Shown here one piece after another: positions 57,434-64,000 of a stretch of DNA of 64,000 nt. This stretch comes from Deltaproteobacteria bacterium. Lineage in GTDB: Bacteria > Myxococcota_A > Polyangia > Polyangiales > Houyiibacteriaceae. The position numbers were made by a program, and so were the translations under genes. Positions within the stretch are counted from its first letter, which is position 1. The number at the start of each line of letters is the position of its first letter. The notes beneath the pieces are model-generated. The model saw nothing but the letters and a program-made list of their open reading frames with translations. It was not told where the DNA came from and made no database searches. Location of the stretch: the NCBI GenBank assembly GCA_034670305.1, contig JAXMNT010000006.1:64001-128000 (forward strand). Direction: 5' to 3'.

Positions 57434-58387
57434 ATGACCCGTTTCCTCGCTTTGGTGTCGGTCGCAGTGCTGTGCCTGGCCTCTGCGTGTGGAAGCGCGG
57501 ACGACGCGCCGGTGTCCGACGCCGGACCCAACGACACCAGCACCCCGACCGATGCGTTCCAAGGCGACGCGCCCGACGGCGATGTCGTGTGCGACGAGTT
57601 CACGGGGCGGTGCGAGAACCGTCGCTGTCGGCGGCTGACGTACTTCGACGGCACGCCGGAGATGGGGCTCGACGTGCCTGGGTTCGTGGACGGCATGGAC
57701 GCGGAGTACGTGTTCGGGTTTCAGGGCGGCGTCATGATTCAGCCGGCCGTGCGGTTGCCGGACACGATCACCGGCGACGAAGTCTGCGTCGAGATCGAAG
57801 TCCGCCACACCGTCGACCCAGCGTTCCCGGACGAGAGCGGTGAGATCGACGGGTTTCCCTCCGCCACGTTCCGCACAACGCTGCAGACCGATGGCGCGGC
57901 GCTGCTGAGAAGCGAGCGGGTGGACGATCAGATCGGATGGCGCGCGGCCGATGGGGTGCGCATGCAGCTCGAAGTGATCGCCCGCGGCATCGACTGGGCA
58001 CGCACCAGCGGACCGATGTCGATCCGACTCGTCGACGCGGATGGATTTCAAGAGTGCGATCTCGTCGCCAAAGAAGCGCGCTTCGGGTGCATTCAGCACG
58101 TCGTGTCGGGCGACTACGAGGTGCTCGACATCGAAGACGTGCCGGGTTCGGCGTGCACCGATCTCGTCGACGTGACCCTCCAGATCACCTCCGACGTCGA
58201 GGTGCCCGAGATGTGTTTCCCGTCCATGCGGGTGCTCGAGGTGCAGCGCGGCTGCGTCGCCTCCGAGGGGTACGAGGTGGGGGGCACCGGTCGGGTGGAG
58301 TGGCGGTACGAAGCGATCGCGGGCTCGTGTGGTGGTGAACCGGCGGACGAGATAGGTGGGTTCCGGACCATGTTCTGCTGCAGCTGA
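57434..58387 (+). CDS. Hypothetical lipoprotein
   Basis: LASAC lipobox and [11 protein letters not shown] motif. Confidence 0.75.
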   Translation: MTRFLALVSVAVLCLASACGSADDAPVSDAGPNDTSTPTDAFQGDAPDGDVVCDEFTGRCENRRCRRLTYFDGTPEMGLDVPGFVDGMDAEYVFGFQGGVMIQPAVRLPDTITGDEVCVEIEVRHTVDPAFPDESGEIDGFPSATFRTTLQTDGAALLRSERVDDQIGWRAADGVRMQLEVIARGIDWARTSGPMSIRLVDADGFQECDLVAKEARFGCIQHVVSGDYEVLDIEDVPGSACTDLVDVTLQITSDVEVPEMCFPSMRVLEVQRGCVASEGYEVGGTGRVEWRYEAIAGSCGGEPADEIGGFRTMFCCS

Positions 58388-58394
58388 TCTGCGG

Positions 58395-58614
58395 CGCTGA
58401 CGCCGACGGCGACGCTGAGGCCGACTCCGAAGCCGAAGCCGAAGCCGATGCCGATGCCGAAGCCGATGCCGGTGCCGAAGCCGAAGCCGACACCGACACC
58501 GAAGCCGACACCGAAGCCGACACCGACACCGAAGCCGACACCGACACCGAAGCCGAAGCCGACGCCGACGCCGAAGCCGACGCCGATGCCGAAACCGACG
58601 CTGAACGCCGATGC
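58395..58614. repeat. Degenerate hexamer tract (RCCGAH)n between convergent genes
   Basis: GCCGAA/GCCGAT/GCCGAC/ACCGAC units. Confidence 0.95.
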
Positions 58615-58620
58615 GTCTCG

Positions 58621-59664
58621 TCAGGTCTGGCGGAGTTTTCTTTTGTCTCGCCCGGCGCGGAGGCCGGCGAGTAGGGCGGTGGCGTTCTTGCCCAAATCGG
58701 CGGAGTGGTAGCCGCCCTCCTGCACCGCGACGGTGGGGAGGTGGAGGCGGCCGAGGAGCTCACCCACCGCACCGAAGTCGGAGGTCTCGAGGCCGAAACC
58801 GCCCACGGGGTCCTTGTGGTAGCCGTCGAGCCCGGCCGAGACCACCAGGTGCGCGGGGTCGAATGTTTGGATGGCGGGCACCACGATGCGCCGCACCTTC
58901 TGGAGGTACGTCTTGCCCATCGTGCCGCGGGGGAGAGGCACGTTCAGGTTGAACCCGATCCCTTTGCCGGCGCCGGTCTCGTGGGCGAAGCCGCAGTAGA
59001 ACGGGAAGAACTCACGGGGGTCGCCGTGGATGTTGATCACGAGCACCTTCGGGTCTCGGTAGAAGATCGATTGCGTCCCGTTGCCGTGGTGGAAGTCGAT
59101 GTCGAGGATGACCACGCGGCCTTTGCGGCGGAGCACGTGGGCGGCGACCGCGGCGTTGTTGAAGTAGCAGTAGCCGCCGAACGCGTCCTTCTGGGCGTGG
59201 TGTCCTGGCGGGCGACTCAGCGAGTAGCTCAACGGTTCGCCGTCGCGGACCGCGCGGGCTGCGTCCGCGGCACAGCCCGCCGACCAGGCCGAGGCCAGCC
59301 AGGTGTGGCGGTTGAGCGGCGTGCCGGCATCGAAACAGAACGCACCCGCCTGGCGGAGGTTGGTCGGGTCGCCGCGTCCGGCCATCTCGCGCGGAAAGAC
59401 GTGGGGGTAGAGATCCTCGCCGTCCGGGAGCTGCGCGGCCGTGTGGTAGAGCGTCAGCAGGTTGTAGGCGTGGATGCGGCGCAGCAGCGCGAGCGGGAGC
59501 TCGTCTGGCGCACGCAGCTCGTAGTCCGCTTTCCCCTTCTTGAGCTGTGCGAGGATGCTCTCCGCCCGGGCTGTGGTCTCCGGGTGTTTGATGCGTTTGC
59601 CGAACGCCCATTCGTAGCGGGGTTTGAACTCGAGCTGGGCGGGGTGGAAGTACGCGGGGATCAT
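58621..59664 (-). CDS. Histone deacetylase family / acetylpolyamine amidohydrolase-like protein
   Basis: [35 protein letters not shown] and QEGGY motifs. Confidence 0.92.
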   Translation of the reverse strand: MIPAYFHPAQLEFKPRYEWAFGKRIKHPETTARAESILAQLKKGKADYELRAPDELPLALLRRIHAYNLLTLYHTAAQLPDGEDLYPHVFPREMAGRGDPTNLRQAGAFCFDAGTPLNRHTWLASAWSAGCAADAARAVRDGEPLSYSLSRPPGHHAQKDAFGGYCYFNNAAVAAHVLRRKGRVVILDIDFHHGNGTQSIFYRDPKVLVINIHGDPREFFPFYCGFAHETGAGKGIGFNLNVPLPRGTMGKTYLQKVRRIVVPAIQTFDPAHLVVSAGLDGYHKDPVGGFGLETSDFGAVGELLGRLHLPTVAVQEGGYHSADLGKNATALLAGLRAGRDKRKLRQT

Positions 59665-59834
59665 TGGGCGCGCACCATAGCCGGTTTGCTTCCTCGTGCA
59701 GACGATCGTCACGTCTCGAACACCAATGCCCATGTTTTGTGGAAAATCACGCCATCGATGGTCGTTTACCCCTGCAAAACAGTCCAATTGGCGCGGTCGG
59801 CTTGCGAAGTGCCTATTTTTGTGCATAGTCCGGC

Positions 59835-60767
59835 GTGACCTCGCTTCAAATCAGTCTCGCTTCCGTCCCATCTCCCAGCGCCTGTCCGGTCCCCGCATCC
59901 GACGCCGCCGACCTCCCCGAGCCGCCGCAACGGCTCGAGTTCGAGATCGAGGACGAGATGGTCCGAGCCCTGGACGATGGCTACTCAGGCCGCCTTCGCT
60001 GCGATCATCCAGCCGCCGACGTCGATGGCGAGGCGCTTGGGGAGCAGCTGCTCGCAACCGCCGACGAACGTGGTCGTGGCCGTGTCGTCGTGCTGGCCCC
60101 ACCAGCGGTGGCCGACGGACTGCTGGCGGCTGGTTTCGAAGAAGAAGGCCGGATCCCTGGCTTCTACCGAGGTACCTCCGACTGCCTCGTGCTCGGGGCG
60201 TACCCCGACGAAGAGCGCAGCGACCTGGCGCGGCCAGTGCTCGTGGAAGAGGTCCACGATCTGCTGGAGCAACAAGACGCCGCGCCCGCTGCGCGCCGCG
60301 ACGTGGAGACGAGCCTGGCAACGGTAGAGGACGCGGAGAAGATCGCGGAGCTCTTGGGGGACACGTTTGCCCAGTACCCAACACCTAGCAGTGACCCGGC
60401 ATACGTCGCCGAGGCGATCCGCGACGGTGTGCCGTTCCGCATCGTCGAACGGGAAGGCGAGATCGCCGCGTGCGCCAGCGCGGACCTGGTGCGGGAAGCC
60501 TGCACCGCTGAACTCACCGATTGCGCGACCCGGCCGACCCACCGCGGCCAGGGGCTCATGCAGGCCATCCTGAACGACCTGATGGACGACCTGCGCGACC
60601 TGTCCTACCCGACCGCCTTCACCTTGGCGCGCGCCCGCATCCCGGGGGTGAACCTCGCGTTCCAGCGCCTCGGCTTCGAACTCTGCGGCACCATGCCCCA
60701 GAGCTGCCGCATCGGCGACGGCATCGAAGACATGAACATCTGGGCCCGTTCGCTCGAAGCCGCCTGA
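59835..60767 (+). CDS. ablB: Putative beta-lysine N-acetyltransferase (AblB/YodP-like GNAT)
   Basis: YPTP..DP.YV, AELTDCATRP.HRGQGLM, TLARA, F.RLGF...G and IEDMNIW motifs. Confidence 0.75.
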   Translation: MTSLQISLASVPSPSACPVPASDAADLPEPPQRLEFEIEDEMVRALDDGYSGRLRCDHPAADVDGEALGEQLLATADERGRGRVVVLAPPAVADGLLAAGFEEEGRIPGFYRGTSDCLVLGAYPDEERSDLARPVLVEEVHDLLEQQDAAPAARRDVETSLATVEDAEKIAELLGDTFAQYPTPSSDPAYVAEAIRDGVPFRIVEREGEIAACASADLVREACTAELTDCATRPTHRGQGLMQAILNDLMDDLRDLSYPTAFTLARARIPGVNLAFQRLGFELCGTMPQSCRIGDGIEDMNIWARSLEAA

Positions 60768-60774
60768 GACCGCT

Positions 60775-61923
60775 TCAGGGGCAGTGTTCGCCGAGACCCG
60801 TGAAGGTGTCGATCGCGAACGCGTCCCATTCCACCGACGGATCGAACGCGTCCATCGTCATGGTGTCGCCCATCGTCACCGAGCACTTGCGGCGCAGGGT
60901 GCGGTCCTTCGTGCTGACGCCGCCGCCGGTCCAGGCTTCGCCCGGATCGTTGAGGTCGTTGGCGCCGAAGCTGTCCAACGTCACGCCATCGCACTGAAGT
61001 ACGTACGCGTCGTTGCCGTTGTGCGAGATCTGGCCGCCCGAGATGTCGCAGAGCGGCGCAGGGATGTCGCCCGTGCTGTTGCACGCGACGAAGCTCGCGT
61101 TCGGCCCGAGGGACCCGGTGAGCGGCGTCATGCGCAGCGTGGAGGTGCCGGCGTTGACGTAGAGCAGCAACACGCAGCCGGACAGGTCCGCGGTCCCACC
61201 GCCGATGTTGCTCACCTCGACCGCCTTGTTGTTGCCGCTTCCTTCGACGACTTCGCTGATGATCAGGATCGGGTCCGGTCCGGCATCCATCGGGCCGACG
61301 TCGGTGCCGGCATCGGTGCCCGCGTCGGTGCCCCCATCGGTGCCTGCGTCGGTGCCCGGCGCATCCACGCCCGGCGCATCGGGCGTGAACCCGTCCACGC
61401 CCATGTCGGGGCCTGCGTCGAACGGAACGGTCGCGTCCACGCCTGCGTCGGACATCTCACCGATGCACATGCCGGCGTTGCAATCGGCGTCCGGCGACGC
61501 ACACATCACGTCCAAACAGGAGCGGGTGAGCTCCACCCGAACCACCTGGTTGGTGCCCGATGAGAAGCGGACGTTGGAGACCACGCGCCGAACCCGCTCG
61601 GTGCCGGCCCGAAGACCGAACACCCGGATCTGGATGGCTTCGCCCGCGGCCGTGCTGCCCGGTCGAATGACGAGGGTCTGCGGCCAGGTGCCCGGAAGAT
61701 CGGTCGTGGTGTCGGCCATCACGCCGGAGGGCGCAGTCACCATCACCCGCAACTGATCGAGGTCGGCGGGCACCGACAGATCGCTCGAGCTGACCTCGAC
61801 CGTGATCGCGGTCTGGTCCGCGCAGCCAAACGCCAGGCTGCCCAGGGTCAGCAGTGCGATGCCCGAAGACAACACCGCGAAGCCCGCAGGGGGGCGCCAG
61901 GATTCTCGGGAGAAGAAAGCCAT
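60775..61923 (-). CDS. Lipoprotein with a C-terminal lamin-tail domain
   Basis: LAFGC lipobox, DAG linker repeats, IISEVVEGSGNNKAVEVSN, HNGND and TLRRK. Confidence 0.8.
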   Translation of the reverse strand: MAFFSRESWRPPAGFAVLSSGIALLTLGSLAFGCADQTAITVEVSSSDLSVPADLDQLRVMVTAPSGVMADTTTDLPGTWPQTLVIRPGSTAAGEAIQIRVFGLRAGTERVRRVVSNVRFSSGTNQVVRVELTRSCLDVMCASPDADCNAGMCIGEMSDAGVDATVPFDAGPDMGVDGFTPDAPGVDAPGTDAGTDGGTDAGTDAGTDVGPMDAGPDPILIISEVVEGSGNNKAVEVSNIGGGTADLSGCVLLLYVNAGTSTLRMTPLTGSLGPNASFVACNSTGDIPAPLCDISGGQISHNGNDAYVLQCDGVTLDSFGANDLNDPGEAWTGGGVSTKDRTLRRKCSVTMGDTMTMDAFDPSVEWDAFAIDTFTGLGEHCP

Positions 61924-61961
61924 CCAGAGGACCATAGCCCGCCGGAGCAAAAGGGGCACGG

Positions 61962-62759
61962 TCACTCGTCGACCGGCGGGGCGGCCCCGAAGCCGAGCAC
62001 CATCCGCCCACCGCCGGTTTGGCGGGCCCCCGCGATGGCCGCCGTCATCCACCCAAACGCCCGTTCGATCGCGTCCTCAACGGGCCTTCCTTGAGCGAGG
62101 CCCGCCGCGATCGCGGAGGAGAGCGCGCAGCCGGTGCCGTGGATGTCGTGCGGCACGCGCGCCCGCTCGAACCGGCGCACCCCGCCCGCGGTCACGAGCA
62201 TGTCCACCGAACGGCCCTCATCGGCGTGGTGCCCTCCCTTCACCAGCACCGCCGAGACCCCGCGGGCCAACAGTGCCTCCCCCGCGCGGATCGCGTCGTC
62301 CGCCGACTGCACATCGACGCCGCTGAGCAGGGCGGCCTCTGGACCGTTCGGGGTCAACACTTCGACGCGTTCCCACCAGTGGGCGAACCACGATGCGTCG
62401 CCGAGCGTGGTGCCGCTGGTCGAGACCAGCACCGGGTCGAGCACCACCGGCCCGTCGCCGAGCGCCTCCCACGCGGCCTCGGCGACCTCGCGGCTGCCGA
62501 GCGCCCCGACCTTGATCGCGGCCGGTGGGCAATCCGCGAAAAGCGCGCGAATGGACGCGGCCACCACCGCCGGCGCCAGCGGCGTGACCGAGGCCACGCC
62601 CATCGTGTTCTGGACGGTCAGCGCCGTCGGTACCGCCATGCCGAACACATCGAAGGCCGCGAACGTTTTGAGGTCAGCCTGGACGCCTGCACCGCCGGAT
62701 GGGTCCGAGGCGGCGATGGTGAGCGCGATCCGTGGGGGCGCTGGCGGGTCGGCGATCAT
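61962..62759 (-). CDS. thiD: Hydroxymethylpyrimidine/phosphomethylpyrimidine kinase
   Basis: TIAASDPSGGAGVQADLKTF, TALTVQNT, VLDPV, TPN..EA, VKGGH and HGTGC motifs. Confidence 0.9.
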   Translation of the reverse strand: MIADPPAPPRIALTIAASDPSGGAGVQADLKTFAAFDVFGMAVPTALTVQNTMGVASVTPLAPAVVAASIRALFADCPPAAIKVGALGSREVAEAAWEALGDGPVVLDPVLVSTSGTTLGDASWFAHWWERVEVLTPNGPEAALLSGVDVQSADDAIRAGEALLARGVSAVLVKGGHHADEGRSVDMLVTAGGVRRFERARVPHDIHGTGCALSSAIAAGLAQGRPVEDAIERAFGWMTAAIAGARQTGGGRMVLGFGAAPPVDE

Positions 62760-62785
62760 GCAGAGGCATGCTAGCCCAGGCGTCT

Positions 62786-64000
62786 ATGTCCAGCCGGACT
62801 GCTTCCAGCTTCTGCCGATGGCTCGTCTGCGCGTCGCTCGCGCTGTCGGGTCTCGCTGTGGCGGGCGTGTCGGGGTGCGACGAGCCGGCGCCGCAGACCG
62901 AAGCCGAAGTCGCCCCGCCCGAGGTGGAACCCGAGCCGGAACCCGAACCGGCGCCGACCGTGGAGCACACCGTCGAAGCGGGCCAGACGCTCTGGGACAT
63001 CGCGCGTTCCTACGAGGTCTCGGTGGATGAGATCATGGAACTCAACGAGATGAGCGACCGCGACGTGCGGAGGCTCAGCAAGGGGCGGGTGCTGCGCGTG
63101 CCGGCCGCGGAAGTCGTGGAGGTCACCCGGAACGAACCGGTGCGCATCGAAGACCTGCCAGCCCTCGAAGACGGCGCATACCACGTGCTTGCGGACGGCG
63201 AGACGCTCTGGGACCTCGCCTCCACCTACGACGTCGGTGTCGAGGACCTCATGACCCGCAACGAGCTGAGCGACGACGACGTGCGCGGGCTGCGACCGGG
63301 CCGTCCGGTCATCGTGCCAGGCGTGGAGCAGTCGGCGATTCGAGTCGCGGAACCCGCGGCGCGTTCACGCGGCATGCGCCACCGCGTCGCGCGCGGAGAG
63401 ACGATTTGGGATCTCGCGCGCTCCTTTCGAGTGAGCGTCTCGGCGTTGATGTCCGCCAACAACCTCTCGCAGGAAGAAGCGTCGGGCTTGCGCGAAGGGC
63501 AGCGGCTCTGGATCCCGGGCGGCGGGCGACGCAGCGCCATTCGAACCAACGACGACCTCTCGCCCCGGCAGCGGCGCGCCCAACGGAAGGCCGAACGACT
63601 CGGACTCGGCAGCGCGAAGATCGCGCGCCAGCTCTTGCACGGCCGGGTCGAGCGTCGGTGGATGCGGGCGGCCGGCGGCAACCGCATGCCCGGCACACTG
63701 CGATGGCCCGTGACCAACGGCCGGTTCGTCCGGGGCTTCGGTTCGGGCGAAGGCGCGTACCACCTCGCGGTGGACATCGCCGGCGACCTCGGCTGGAACG
63801 TGCGGGCCGCCGCGCGGGGCATCGTCGCGTACAGCGGCGACGAGGTGCGCGGGTACGGGCACATGGTGCTCGTCATTCACCCGGGCGGGTGGGTGACGAT
63901 GTACGCGCACAACTCGATCAACTTCGTCGTGGCGGGCGAAGAGGTGCCGGCCGGCGGCGTGCTCGCGGAGCTCGGCAGCACCGGCATCAGCCGAGGGCCG
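62786..64000 (+). CDS. LysM x3 plus M23 peptidase lipoprotein (runs off the window)
   Basis: Manual translation: VSGC lipobox; HTVEAGQTLWDIA, HVLADGETLWDLA and HRVARGETIWDLA; then WPV, HLAVDI, GYG and YAHN. Not in the ORF track. Confidence 0.88.
   Translation, partial: MSSRTASSFCRWLVCASLALSGLAVAGVSGCDEPAPQTEAEVAPPEVEPEPEPEPAPTVEHTVEAGQTLWDIARSYEVSVDEIMELNEMSDRDVRRLSKGRVLRVPAAEVVEVTRNEPVRIEDLPALEDGAYHVLADGETLWDLASTYDVGVEDLMTRNELSDDDVRGLRPGRPVIVPGVEQSAIRVAEPAARSRGMRHRVARGETIWDLARSFRVSVSALMSANNLSQEEASGLREGQRLWIPGGGRRSAIRTNDDLSPRQRRAQRKAERLGLGSAKIARQLLHGRVERRWMRAAGGNRMPGTLRWPVTNGRFVRGFGSGEGAYHLAVDIAGDLGWNVRAAARGIVAYSGDEVRGYGHMVLVIHPGGWVTMYAHNSINFVVAGEEVPAGGVLAELGSTGISRGP

Overview
High-GC chromosomal window that looks myxobacterial (Polyangiales/Sandaracinaceae-like, inferred from MYXO-CTERM tails, many Cys-rich lipoproteins and giant TPR proteins). 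Housekeeping genes (nadD 5' end, hutH, thiD, initiator tRNA-Met with a consensus sigma70 promoter and terminator) are interspersed with many secreted or lipoprotein genes. Main observations: (1) a three-gene operon at 16972-20448 encoding a Zn-ribbon pseudokinase, a vWA/MIDAS protein and a divergent adenylosuccinate-synthetase paralog with a rewritten substrate loop, preceded by two 21-bp GT-N7-AC (NrtR-like) boxes; (2) an HUH-Y1 (RAYT-like) transposase bracketed by a 14-bp inverted repeat, next to a ~900-bp non-coding modular repeat array and an orphan Rhs toxin whose papain/C39-like tip is one G out of frame; (3) a dispersed ~72-bp triple-hairpin element, two copies of which are read in frame inside ORFs; (4) six intergenic degenerate hexamer (NCCGNN)n tracts, each just 3' of a gene; (5) a ~520-bp inversion that breaks two genes, and an internally deleted macro-domain gene; (6) a recurrent leaderless-mRNA signature (TANNNT 5-7 nt before the start codon). 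All assignments come from reading motifs by eye; no database searches were run.
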